Counted from the stretch's first letter, positions 44,248 through 53,591 are shown. The stretch: 64,000 nt of DNA from an uncultured Planctomycetales bacterium (GCA_964467905.1 CAYXSY010000001.1:17226-81225); one strand, 5' to 3'. Numbers and translations: made by a program. The notes: a model not told the origin generated them from the sequence alone.

Positions 44248-45978
44248 TTATTTTCCCGCGGTGTCATCGGGCTTCTTTTCCAATACTATCATCTGTACGG
44301 AATACGGAGCTAACGATAAATCTTCTTCGTATGAGCCGACCAAAGAAACATCCTTGCTCTCATTGGCCTTAAAATCGGCTATCTTAAAATGAGCGTCGTC
44401 GATGATATACTTTTTGTAGCTATACTCACCTTTTATATTCTTTATACTAACTTTTGCCATACGTTTATCGACAGCGGCTGATTTTGCCCGCATATTTGAT
44501 TCTTGCGCTTTTTTAAGAAAGCTCTTTAATTTTGCGCTGATTCGCATAGAATCAGGCTCTGATTCTTTAGTTAATATCTTATCGATCTGATCCGACTTTA
44601 TTAACGAAAGAAGCGACTTCCTATCCTTAGGATTCAAGCTCGATATATTACGTGATATATAGTTCCTGCCGGCATCCGGGTCAATATAATTATAGGCTAT
44701 CAAAGCTATATTATCCTGTGCTTTAGTGGCTAGAACTCCAGCAAAATCATCTTCCACATTATCTTGCTTAACGATTAAATAGTTATTAAGCATCGACAGC
44801 ATCCTGAAGATATTATATGTCGCCTTGGCCCCTCCTTTATAACCAGAGGAGGCAGGATCAAACCAAAATACACCGACATTACGGCTTATGTCTTGTTCTC
44901 TATTGCAAAAATCTTCCAATGCAAACAAAACTTGGTAATCCAATCCTGCTTCGTACATATTTTTCATGCGCGCGATCATAAAACTGGAAGCGATATATGC
45001 CTTATCCCCTCTTTCCTGGGCGATATTAGATCCGCGGTCATAGTTCCACTCCGTAACTATCAAAGGGATATTTTTATTCATATTAAAATAAGAAAGCCAG
45101 TCTCTTATTAAAGTAACGCTCTTTTTATTGTATATGGTTATTTCTTTATCTGCTTTGGGGTCAGTAGAATATGCATGCCAACTGATAAAATCGAGCGGAA
45201 GCTTATAGCGCGAACAGAACCTGATAAGTTCGTAGATAAGACTTTTTTCCGGGCGTACTATTGTATTGGCGTCCAGGTTTTGAAACCACCAACTCACCGA
45301 TGGCCCGCCCACGGGAATATAAAGCTTGGTTTCATCGCGAAGCTCCAATATAACCTGGGCTACTGTCCGGTAAAGGTTAAGATAATCCTGTTTTCTGCCT
45401 AAAAAGAAACCATCGAGATCCGGAGCGCTCCAAATCTCATACCATATATTATATTTTTTCTTACAGCTTAACTCCCTTATATGCGCTTTGATAAAATTCT
45501 TAAATGCCTTTAAATTCACAGGGGCGCTGATTTTATCCAAAGCCCTGCCCATACCGGCAGGAGTACCGAATATATCCAGTATAACAAATCCCCCAGAATC
45601 ACTTATTGTTTTAATCAAACGCTCATAATTATCTAACAGTTTCTTTTGCTCCTCTTTATTATGGCTAAGCTGGGAAATCTCCCATAGATTATACTGGATG
45701 CGATATGGCCCTCTGAATCCTATTTCTTTCTGCCATGTATCTACCGGTTCGGGCGCAGACAAATTCTGCGGGTAGGTGGTGTCTTTATAAAAACCTCTTC
45801 CGCTTACGTCTATTGACGGCTTAAAAATATTAGGCAAAATAACAGTATTGCCTTTTATGTCTATATTAAATTCTATTGTCGGCATCTGGATTTCTGCAGA
45901 ATAGACTGAAGGAATCCTGGATAAAAATAAAATACCTACCGCTAATAAAATATTTATAAACACCGTTTTGAATTTCAT
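44248..45978 (-). CDS. Secreted TIM-barrel glycoside-hydrolase-like protein (GH39/GH5-like), function unknown
   Basis: 576-aa ORF with a signal peptide. It has WYEIWSAPD (acid/base-like NEP/EIW context) and LIVTEWNYD (nucleophile-like TEW context). The assignment rests on motif resemblance only. Confidence 0.4.
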   Translation of the reverse strand: MKFKTVFINILLAVGILFLSRIPSVYSAEIQMPTIEFNIDIKGNTVILPNIFKPSIDVSGRGFYKDTTYPQNLSAPEPVDTWQKEIGFRGPYRIQYNLWEISQLSHNKEEQKKLLDNYERLIKTISDSGGFVILDIFGTPAGMGRALDKISAPVNLKAFKNFIKAHIRELSCKKKYNIWYEIWSAPDLDGFFLGRKQDYLNLYRTVAQVILELRDETKLYIPVGGPSVSWWFQNLDANTIVRPEKSLIYELIRFCSRYKLPLDFISWHAYSTDPKADKEITIYNKKSVTLIRDWLSYFNMNKNIPLIVTEWNYDRGSNIAQERGDKAYIASSFMIARMKNMYEAGLDYQVLFALEDFCNREQDISRNVGVFWFDPASSGYKGGAKATYNIFRMLSMLNNYLIVKQDNVEDDFAGVLATKAQDNIALIAYNYIDPDAGRNYISRNISSLNPKDRKSLLSLIKSDQIDKILTKESEPDSMRISAKLKSFLKKAQESNMRAKSAAVDKRMAKVSIKNIKGEYSYKKYIIDDAHFKIADFKANESKDVSLVGSYEEDLSLAPYSVQMIVLEKKPDDTAGK

Positions 45979-46760
45979 TACTGTATCTTCCTCTGTATTC
46001 TGGTAATCGACCTGGCTTTACCGCTAACTTCATCTACATCGACGACAACACCATGCAGCTGTATATTACTTTCGGCAACTTCAAATTTCACAGGCATGGA
46101 TGTTAGAAATCGCTCCAGGACATGCTCTACTTTTCTGCCTATAACCGAATCATAAGGCCCTGTCATGCCGGCATCTGTGATATAAGCAGAGCCTGCAGGC
46201 AATATTTTATCATCCGCGGTTTGTATATGCGTGTGGGTACCTAAAACCGCCGAGACTTTTCCATCAAGATACCAGCCGAGTGCCACTTTTTCGGATGTAG
46301 CCTCTGCATGCATATCAACAATAATAATTTTTGTATCTTTTTGTAAGGCTTCGTACGCTTTGTCTGCTACCCTAAAGGGACAATCTAGCGCTTCCATAAA
46401 TACGCGCCCCTGGATATTGATTACCCCGACTTTCACGCCTGTGGCAGTATTAAACACATTGTAACCTCTACCAGGAGAACTTTCTGGAAAGTTTGCCGGC
46501 CTCATAATTCTAGGATCGCTCTTTATAACCTCTACTATCTCTTTCTTTTTCCATATATGGTCTCCGGAAGTCAACACATCCACTCCGGAATCAAACAATT
46601 CATAAGCTATTTTCTGCGTTATTCCGGAGCCTCCGGCGGCGTTCTCGGCGTTAGCGATAACAAATCCTAAACCAAACTCTTTCTTTAGCTCAGGCAAAAG
46701 CTTCCTTACCGCTTCCCTCCCGGGCAAACCTACTATGTCGCCGATGAATAATATATTCAT
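45978..46760 (-). CDS. ymdB: YmdB-family metallophosphoesterase (TIGR00282)
   Basis: 260-aa ORF with MNILFIGDIVG, NAENAAGG.GIT and DMHAEATSEK. It lies downstream of rny, as in Bacillus. Confidence 0.85.
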   Translation of the reverse strand: MNILFIGDIVGLPGREAVRKLLPELKKEFGLGFVIANAENAAGGSGITQKIAYELFDSGVDVLTSGDHIWKKKEIVEVIKSDPRIMRPANFPESSPGRGYNVFNTATGVKVGVINIQGRVFMEALDCPFRVADKAYEALQKDTKIIIVDMHAEATSEKVALGWYLDGKVSAVLGTHTHIQTADDKILPAGSAYITDAGMTGPYDSVIGRKVEHVLERFLTSMPVKFEVAESNIQLHGVVVDVDEVSGKARSITRIQRKIQ

Positions 46761-46774
46761 AAAAATACCTTTTA

Positions 46775-46869
46775 CGTAACTCGTACGCTCGTAACTAGTA
46801 ACTCGTAATTTAAAAATTTGCCCTATCTTTAAAAATTACTAGTTATGAGTTACTAGTTTACTAGTTACG
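46775..46869. repeat. ~95-bp imperfect hairpin built from GTAACT(A/C)GTA-type short repeats, between rny and ymdB
   Basis: The left arm cgtaactcgtacgctcgtaactagtaactcgtaattt pairs with the reverse complement of the right arm at 30 of 37 positions by hand. The 3' arm ends 14 nt before the ymdB ATG, just upstream of its SD. Confidence 0.8.
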
Positions 46870-46872
46870 AAT

Positions 46873-48429
46873 TTATTTTGCGTATTCAATCGCCCTGGTC
46901 TCTCTGATAACCGTGACTTTAATCTGGCCAGGATATTCCATACCCTCTTCTATCTTCTTGCGTATTTCTCTGGACAGGTTGATTGCCTCCGGATCAGAGA
47001 TTTTCTCCGGCTGGACAATAACCCGAATTTCGCGCCCGGCCTGTATGGCAAAAGATTTTTCGACTCCCTTAAAAACATTGGCTATGGACTCTAATTTCTC
47101 AAGTCGTTTAACGTAGGTCTCTAAGGTTTCTCTCCTGGCTCCCGGCCTAGTAGCGCTTATTGCATCGGCCGCTATCGCCAAAACAGAGTAAAAGCTCTTC
47201 GGCTCTATTTCTTCGTGATGCGCCTCTATCGCAATCTGCACTTCCTGCGGCTCGCCGAATTTACGGGCGAGATCAGCACCAAGTTTTGCATGGGTGCCTT
47301 CTACCTGATGGTCTATAGCCTTGCCAATATCATGCAAAAGACCAATACGCCTTGCAAGCTTAAAATCCAGCCCCATCTCGGAAGCCATAACACCTAAAAG
47401 AAAAGCTACTTCTTTGGAGTGCTGCAATGCATTTTGGCCAAAGCTCGTACGATACTTAAGCCTGCCAAGCAGCTTTATTAATTCTGGGTGCATTCCTGTT
47501 ATGCCTGCATCAAAAGCTGCCCGCTCGCCCTCTTCACGGATTTTTTCGTCCATTTCTTTCTTAGTCTTTTCTACTATCTCCTCTATCCTGCCCGGGTGTA
47601 TCCTTCCGTCGCTGATAAGCTTTTCAAGACTAAGCCTGGCGATTTCCCTACGCACCGTATCAAAAGCTGATAAGGTAACTGCTTCAGGAGTATCATCAAT
47701 GATAACATCTACTCCGGTTGCCATCTCCAAGGCCCGGATATTTCTTCCTTCTCTGCCAATAACGCGCCCCTTCATTTCATCATTCGGCAAGTTTACTACA
47801 CTCACGGTGGATTCAACGGTGTGCTCGGCAGCGCATCTTTGAATCGCAAGACTTATAATCTCTTTGGCTTTTTTATCAGAGGAAGTACGGACCTCTTCTT
47901 CTTCTCTCTTGATTAAAATCGCTTTTTCATTATTAAGCTCTTCATTTAGGCGGCTAAGCAATATCTGCTTGGCTTCTTCCGCGGAAAGAGAAGATATCTT
48001 TTGTAATCTTTCCTTCTCTTCGGCAATCAAAGAATGCAACTGGGCATCTTTAGCTTTTATAGTTTCTTCCTGCTTATGCGCATTCTCTAATTTCAGCTCT
48101 ATTTCCTTTTCCTTCTTCTCCAAAAGATCAAGCCTTCTGTCAATATTCTCTTCTTTTTGCGCCAGCCGCTTCTCGGAATTAGCTATTTCCTGACGCCTAT
48201 CCTGCGTCGAACGATCAAAATCCTGGCGCATACGATAAAGCAAATCTTTAGCCTCAAGCTCAGCTTCTTTCTTTATATCCAAAGATCCTTTTTTGGCCTC
48301 TTCGATGATAGCTTTGGCTTTGCTTTCAGCGTCCTGTACTTTCTTCTCGGCTACATGCCTACGCAGTAAATACCCGACGTAAAGCGCCACCAATGCAGAG
48401 ACAAAACCAACAATGATAGTAAACAACAT
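46873..48429 (-). CDS. rny: Ribonuclease Y
   Basis: 518-aa ORF with an N-terminal TM, a long coiled coil, a KH domain ([15 protein letters not shown]) and an HD domain (LLHDIGKA). Confidence 0.92.
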   Translation of the reverse strand: MLFTIIVGFVSALVALYVGYLLRRHVAEKKVQDAESKAKAIIEEAKKGSLDIKKEAELEAKDLLYRMRQDFDRSTQDRRQEIANSEKRLAQKEENIDRRLDLLEKKEKEIELKLENAHKQEETIKAKDAQLHSLIAEEKERLQKISSLSAEEAKQILLSRLNEELNNEKAILIKREEEEVRTSSDKKAKEIISLAIQRCAAEHTVESTVSVVNLPNDEMKGRVIGREGRNIRALEMATGVDVIIDDTPEAVTLSAFDTVRREIARLSLEKLISDGRIHPGRIEEIVEKTKKEMDEKIREEGERAAFDAGITGMHPELIKLLGRLKYRTSFGQNALQHSKEVAFLLGVMASEMGLDFKLARRIGLLHDIGKAIDHQVEGTHAKLGADLARKFGEPQEVQIAIEAHHEEIEPKSFYSVLAIAADAISATRPGARRETLETYVKRLEKLESIANVFKGVEKSFAIQAGREIRVIVQPEKISDPEAINLSREIRKKIEEGMEYPGQIKVTVIRETRAIEYAK

Positions 48430-48478
48430 ATCAGCCTCCTTAAAGGTGCTAGATTTTTAAATTGCGTGTTAATTAAAA

Positions 48479-49033
48479 TCAGGCAAAGAGTACTTTAGAA
48501 ACTTCTTTATCGCGTTTATTGGTGGGGACAAGAGGTAGAATTTGGAAATCAAAGGCTAAACCAAAGGAAGGCGTGTCTGCAGGCAGCTGTTTAAGAAATA
48601 TATCGTAACAACCCTTGCCGCGCCCAAGACGATTTCCTTCCTTATCAAAAGCTATCCCGGGGACAATTACAAGATCTAACTTTTCGGGGCTAAGGCCTAT
48701 CATACGTGCTGGCTCAGAAACGCCATACGGGCCCTTTTTAAGCATCGCCCCATCATATAACAAACAAGGCTGTATCAATCCTCTGCTATTGCATGCCGGA
48801 ACTGCTATTATTTTGCCTATTTTTTTAGCTGCTTTTATCATTCCCTCTGTATTTACCTCGCCTCTAAACGAAATATAAAACATTACTATCTTTGCCTTCT
48901 TGAAAATATAGTTTGTAAAAAGCTTCTTTTTAATTATACTGCTTTTACGTTTACGCTCTTCCTCCTTCTGAGTTTTTAGCTTAAGAAGTATTTTACTACG
49001 TATTTGTTTTTTTGTCAATTCTACAGAACCCAT
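48479..49033 (-). CDS. 5-formyltetrahydrofolate cyclo-ligase
   Basis: 184-aa ORF with the typical N-terminus K..IR..IL......EE...KS..I...L and C-terminal PG.AFD..G.RLGRGKGCYD. Confidence 0.8.
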   Translation of the reverse strand: MGSVELTKKQIRSKILLKLKTQKEEERKRKSSIIKKKLFTNYIFKKAKIVMFYISFRGEVNTEGMIKAAKKIGKIIAVPACNSRGLIQPCLLYDGAMLKKGPYGVSEPARMIGLSPEKLDLVIVPGIAFDKEGNRLGRGKGCYDIFLKQLPADTPSFGLAFDFQILPLVPTNKRDKEVSKVLFA

Positions 49034-49072
49034 AACTTATTGAATTTATCCCTTCCGAGACCCGTTTTTAGC

Positions 49073-49723
49073 TTATTTAACTGTGATTTTATGCGGCTTA
49101 AGGCTTTTTTTATAGTCTCTCGGCGGCATTATGTCCTTTAAACCAGAGAGCTTATCTCTCTTTTCTAATTCCTGATAGATAAGCACCCACACACAGTCTT
49201 TATCCTTATCCACCTCACATTTACCCTTATTCATGCCTCCGCACGGACCATTCAACAGCCCTTTTGGACAAAGCGTAACCGGACAGATACCCGCAGTTAC
49301 GCCCAAGACGCAATCGCCGCACATAGAGCATTTTTCAATAAAATCACCTTTCGCGTCAACCACGGCACCAAAAACTGTATTACAAGCAGGCATAACAACT
49401 AAAGATGTGCGGTCATTGTCTTTTACCGACTGTACACCCAGCCCACAGGCAAGAACAAGGATTGCTTCAGAATCTCGTAACGCCTTTATATTCTTGGCAA
49501 ATTCGGTTTTCACCTGAGCAGCAATACATGGTGCGCTTGGTATGCAAAAACCCGTAACCACTTTACCTGCCTTAGTAAGCTCTTCTTTTATCTTTATGAC
49601 TTCCGGCTGGCCACCTGTCTTACAGGTTGTTGCGCACTCTCCACAACCAACCAAGAATATCTTAGTGTAGCATTTTAAGCTATCTATAATCTCTGCAAAG
49701 GTTTTTTGTTCTGTAATAATCAT
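49073..49723 (-). CDS. Methylenetetrahydrofolate reductase C-terminal-domain-like Cys-rich protein
   Basis: 216-aa ORF with CGECATTC, CSMCGDCV, GICPVTLCPKGLLNGPCGG and KCEV motifs, as recalled for the MTHFR_C / MetV-like family. Confidence 0.6.
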   Translation of the reverse strand: MIITEQKTFAEIIDSLKCYTKIFLVGCGECATTCKTGGQPEVIKIKEELTKAGKVVTGFCIPSAPCIAAQVKTEFAKNIKALRDSEAILVLACGLGVQSVKDNDRTSLVVMPACNTVFGAVVDAKGDFIEKCSMCGDCVLGVTAGICPVTLCPKGLLNGPCGGMNKGKCEVDKDKDCVWVLIYQELEKRDKLSGLKDIMPPRDYKKSLKPHKITVK

Positions 49724-49778
49724 AAATATATATTACCATGCGGCTAAAATAAGGACAAGCCTAAAAGTGCTGAAGCTG

Positions 49779-51089
49779 CTATTCTTGCGCCTGAAGCTTT
49801 TCCATCCGCTGCTTAATCTTGGCCTCATGGCCTATATCTGTCGGCTCGTAATATTTGACTTTCTTACGCGTATATTTCTGTTTTACATAATGTCCCTGAT
49901 AATCATGGGCGTATTTGTAATTTGCACCGTGGCCGAGCTCCTCTGCCCCCCGGTAAGATGCATCTTTCAGGTGATCCGGGACCTCCTGCACTCTTTTATT
50001 TTCAATATCACCATAAGCCTTATCAATTGCTAGATAGCTGGCATTAGATTTAGGCGCACAGGCAACATAAATAGCTGCCTGCGCCAAAGGAATACGTGCC
50101 TCAGGCATACCTATAAATTCAGAAATCTGCAAAGCCGCGTTTGCCAAAACCAAGGCTAGGGGGTCGGCATTCCCGACATCCTCGGCAGCACATATGCAAA
50201 TTCTGCGTGCGATAAAACGCGGGTCTTCTCCGGCATAAAGCATTTTAGCCATCCAGTATATAGCGGCGTCTGGATCTGAACCGCGCATAGACTTTATAAA
50301 AGCAGATGCAGTATCATAGTGAGCATCTTCATCTTTATCATAGAGCACGGGTTTTTTCTGTATCGATTCTACTGCTACCTCTAAAGTAAAATTTATAACT
50401 CCTTCTTTGGATTTTGCAGTAGTTAAAACGCCGACCTCAAGGGCATTTAGTGCCCTGCGTGCATCTCCTTCGCAGGCTTTAGCGATAAAATCGATTGCCT
50501 TTTTATCGATTTTAATCTTTAAACCACCGAAGCCTTTATCTTTATTTTTGACAGCAGCCTCTAATATCTCCGATATCTGCTTCTGATCCAGAGCCTTTAA
50601 TTCGCATACCAATGAACGTGATAAAAGCGGGGCAGCGATAGAAAAATACGGGTTATGAACCGTGGCTCCGATTAAAATAATGTTCCCATCCTCAACGTCG
50701 GGAAGCAAAACATCCTGCTGGGCCTTATTAAAACGATGAATCTCATCAAGAAAGAGTATCGTCTTTTGCCCGGTAGTACTTATACGATTCTTGGCCGAAG
50801 AAATAATCTTTCTTAATTCATCGACGTTGGAGGTAGTTGCGTTTATCGAAACAAAACTTGATTGGGTTACTGCAGCGACACACCAGGCAAGCGAAGTCTT
50901 GCCGCATCCGGGCGGTCCATACAAAATTAGAGAACTAAGTTTATCCGCTTCGATTGAACGGCGCAAAAGCTTACCTGATCCCAAAAGATGCCCCTGCCCG
51001 AAAAAATCATTTAAATTAACCGGGCGCATGCGTACGGCAAGAGGCAGATTCTTAAAGTTTTCTTTTTTGGGTTCGTTAAAGAGGTCCAT
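49779..51089 (-). CDS. rarA: Replication-associated recombination protein A (AAA+ ATPase)
   Basis: 436-aa ORF with PLAVRMRP.NL.DF.GQ.HLLG, Walker A GPPGCGKTS and Walker B LFLDEIHRFNK. Confidence 0.9.
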   Translation of the reverse strand: MDLFNEPKKENFKNLPLAVRMRPVNLNDFFGQGHLLGSGKLLRRSIEADKLSSLILYGPPGCGKTSLAWCVAAVTQSSFVSINATTSNVDELRKIISSAKNRISTTGQKTILFLDEIHRFNKAQQDVLLPDVEDGNIILIGATVHNPYFSIAAPLLSRSLVCELKALDQKQISEILEAAVKNKDKGFGGLKIKIDKKAIDFIAKACEGDARRALNALEVGVLTTAKSKEGVINFTLEVAVESIQKKPVLYDKDEDAHYDTASAFIKSMRGSDPDAAIYWMAKMLYAGEDPRFIARRICICAAEDVGNADPLALVLANAALQISEFIGMPEARIPLAQAAIYVACAPKSNASYLAIDKAYGDIENKRVQEVPDHLKDASYRGAEELGHGANYKYAHDYQGHYVKQKYTRKKVKYYEPTDIGHEAKIKQRMEKLQAQE

Positions 51090-51101
51090 GACTATTTTGC
51101 T

Positions 51102-51206
51102 ATCCCGCTCTTTTTGGCTTTATTTAGCCGAAGCTAACAATAACCAAAAGAGCGGGATTATTTCGGCCAAACAATTTACGATCATTCCGTTCCGTAAATT
51201 GTGGCC
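51102..51206 (-). other. Two consecutive strong hairpins in the rarA 5' leader, one capped by a nested UUCG tetraloop
   Basis: Hairpin A pairs atcccgctctttttgg (51102..51117) with ccaaaagagcgggat (51144..51158) and has an inner ttagc-ttcg-gctaa. Hairpin B pairs ggccaaacaatttacg (51165..51180) with cgtaaattgtggcc (51193..51206). Confidence 0.7.
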
Positions 51207-51211
51207 TCAAT

Positions 51212-51390
51212 AAAAAAATCCCCGCATTGTGCCGTTGAGCTTAGATGGGCTAAACCTTTTGGGTTCAGGTGGGTGCCCTATCCCTAACACCGCAGTGTTA
51301 AGAAACTCTGGGCTCCCTTAGTTATTCTGTTGGTTCACCATACATCCTTTAGCCAACGCGCACCGCAGGGATTATTTAAGAGCAACTTTC
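51212..51390 (-). ncRNA. Candidate ~179-nt structured small RNA (6S-RNA-like in size and architecture; identity unverified)
   Basis: It lies in the largest non-coding gap of the window. A near-consensus promoter sits upstream. The 5' end AAUCCCUGCGGUG pairs with the 3' end CACAAUGCGGGGAUU, followed by U7. Internal helices include GGCUAAA/UUUAGCC, CGUUG/CAACG and CUUAACAC-UGCG-GUGUUAGG. Confidence 0.45.
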
Positions 51391-51396
51391 ATTAAA

Positions 51397-51425
51397 AGTA
51401 TAGCACATATCATTAAACAAATCAA
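51397..51425 (-). promoter_or_regulatory. Sigma70-like promoter TTGATT-17-TATACT for the candidate sRNA
   Basis: The minus strand reads ttgatt tgtttaatgatatgtgc tatact, starting 2 nt after the pheT stop codon. Confidence 0.45.
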
Positions 51426-51427
51426 CT

Positions 51428-53473
51428 CTAACGCAGCTTAACGCCTAATTTATCAATTAGTATGCTGGTAATCTGAGTATTTAAAGGGTTAACCTCTGAT
51501 TCGGTCAGCGTGCGCTCAAAAGAACGGTAAACGCATGATATAGTAAGCCCCTTAAAACCATTGGGGATTTGTTTGCCTTTATAATAATCGCTTACATTAG
51601 CGCTTTCAAGCAAATCTGCTCCATTTTGTTTGACTATGCGCAATATATCTTCAACTTTAATGCTATTTTTGACAACAAAACTGATGTCACGGGTTATCGC
51701 AGGATAAACCGGCAGCGGTTTAAATACTTTTTTATCCTGGGCACAAGAAAAAATATCGTCTAATTTTACCTGCGCTACAAAAACATCCCTATTTTTTACA
51801 TCCAGTTTTTCTAATGACCGCTTGCCTAAACCTGCCATAAACCCGCATTCGCTGTTGCCAAGTTTTATAATAATTTGCCCGTGGGCTCTATCTTCCTCAA
51901 AGCAATAGTTATCTATCCCAAAATAAGAACATATCTTGCTTATTATTCCTTTGACATGCAAAAGCCCCATAGTTTCTTTGGCAAGCCCGCCTTCAGACAA
52001 CCTTTTCCTTTCGCCCGAGATGGCGATTGCCAAAACCAGATCCTCTTTAATAGAGTTACTTCGAGAAAAAACTCTGGATATCTCAAAAACATTAACTAAA
52101 TCCTGTTTTTGATTAAAATTGTATGCAACGCACTTGGCTATGCTAGGAATTACTGTCTGTCTTAAAACTGCCTGGTCTTTGCTTAAAGGATTAGCAACCC
52201 TGACCATACTGCCCTCTATTGTCGCTGCCGTTGTGTCTGTAATACTGGCGTAATCTTCCGGGACAAGGGTATGAGTAATGACTTCATTGAGGCCCAGTCC
52301 GGATAGAAGCCCTCTCAACGAAGCCAGCATATTTATTTCTCTGGAATCTTCCGGGGCCGGCTTAATTGACGGTAAACTAACCGGTATTTTATCATAACCG
52401 AACACCCTGGCGATTTCTTCAACTAAATCGATTTCATGATTAACATCCTGGCGAAAAGGCGGGATAACAACACCGAATGCAGCCCCGCTATTCTTGATTT
52501 TAAAACCGAGGTTATTTAATATGGCTTTAATCTTGGCTTCGGGAATATCCACCCCCAATATAGCGGCTGCTGTTTTTGCTTTTAAATTAATAACTTTTGG
52601 CTTCATGGATACGCTGCCGCAAGACAAGCCCAAGACAAGCTTTCCGGAAGTTAAATTATTGATTAAATCCGCGGCCCTATAAGATGCATTTATCACCGTT
52701 TCGGAATCTATGCCCCTCTCAAACCTATAGCTGGACTCCGTCTGCAAACCCAGCTTCTGTCTGCAACGGCGGATAAGCACAGGGTCAAAAATAGCCGCTT
52801 CAAGAAGAATGTTTTTAGTGCGCTCGTCAACTTCGCTATCCCAGCCTCCCATAATACCGGCTGCTGCAAGCGGTTTTTTCTCATCGGCAATGACCAAAAT
52901 GTCTTTGTCTATCTGTCTTTCTTTACCGTCTAATGTCAGCAACTTCTCTGTGCCGAGTCCGCGGCGCACTATTATTTTATCACCCGGTATTTTATCCAGG
53001 TCAAACGCATGCAACGGTTCTCCCGTCTCAAATAAAACATAGTTTGTAATATCAACTATATTATTTATGCTGCGGCAACCGACGGCCTCGAGTCTATTTT
53101 TCATCCATTGCGGCGATGGCCCGACTTTGACTCCTTGAATAATTTTAGCCGTATATAACGGGCAGTCTTTCTTATTTTCTATCTCTATTTTTAATAGACG
53201 TGAATCTCGTGTTTTGTTGCTGATTTTCTGTTGTATCTTTGACTTTTGCAGTTTGATTTTTGATTTTGTAATTGCCGCGACCTCACGTGCGATCCCAGAA
53301 ACGCTAAGCCAGTCCGGACGGTTAGAAGTAATTTCTATCTCAAAAACAAAATCTCCTTCTCTATTTTCCAAAGAAACCACCTCAAGCCCCGCCATAGTAA
53401 GCCTGTCCGCCAGCTCTTGAGGCGCTATCTTAATATCTACAAAATCCCTTAACCAATTGTAAGTTACCTTCAC
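51428..53473 (-). CDS. pheT: Phenylalanine--tRNA ligase beta subunit, lacking the B2 tRNA-binding OB domain
   Basis: 681-aa ORF with a GTG start. It has YNWLRDFV, then MAGLEV followed after only ~22 aa by SNRPDWLSVSGIAREVAA, and B3/4, B5 and FDX-ACB-like regions are present. Confidence 0.9.
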   Translation of the reverse strand: MKVTYNWLRDFVDIKIAPQELADRLTMAGLEVVSLENREGDFVFEIEITSNRPDWLSVSGIAREVAAITKSKIKLQKSKIQQKISNKTRDSRLLKIEIENKKDCPLYTAKIIQGVKVGPSPQWMKNRLEAVGCRSINNIVDITNYVLFETGEPLHAFDLDKIPGDKIIVRRGLGTEKLLTLDGKERQIDKDILVIADEKKPLAAAGIMGGWDSEVDERTKNILLEAAIFDPVLIRRCRQKLGLQTESSYRFERGIDSETVINASYRAADLINNLTSGKLVLGLSCGSVSMKPKVINLKAKTAAAILGVDIPEAKIKAILNNLGFKIKNSGAAFGVVIPPFRQDVNHEIDLVEEIARVFGYDKIPVSLPSIKPAPEDSREINMLASLRGLLSGLGLNEVITHTLVPEDYASITDTTAATIEGSMVRVANPLSKDQAVLRQTVIPSIAKCVAYNFNQKQDLVNVFEISRVFSRSNSIKEDLVLAIAISGERKRLSEGGLAKETMGLLHVKGIISKICSYFGIDNYCFEEDRAHGQIIIKLGNSECGFMAGLGKRSLEKLDVKNRDVFVAQVKLDDIFSCAQDKKVFKPLPVYPAITRDISFVVKNSIKVEDILRIVKQNGADLLESANVSDYYKGKQIPNGFKGLTISCVYRSFERTLTESEVNPLNTQITSILIDKLGVKLR

Positions 53474-53591
53474 CCCGTTACAAACCTCCTACTCTTCCCC
53501 TCATAATATAGTTTGTAACGGGGTTCACCCAAAACCGTTACAAACCTCCTATCTTGCCCCCGCCACAAAATATTTTGTAACGGGATTCATC
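53474..53591 (-). repeat. Two tandem ~55-60-nt hairpin units between pheS and pheT, each carrying UAGGAGG in its loop side
   Basis: Unit 1 pairs ccccgttacaaac with gtttgtaacgggg (53474..53523). Unit 2 pairs ccgttacaaa with tttgtaacgg (53535..53584). Both contain ccgttacaaacctcct. The 3' arm of the proximal unit runs into the pheT GTG. Confidence 0.8.

Noticed and set aside
51212-51390. Identity of the candidate sRNA as SRP (4.5S) RNA, RNase P RNA or tmRNA.
   Set aside because: It lacks the SRP domain IV motif (GGAA-capped helix with AGCAGC-type symmetric loop), the RNase P GAGGAAAGUCC box, and a tRNA-like CCA end with a T arm. Its length is also wrong for RNase P and tmRNA.
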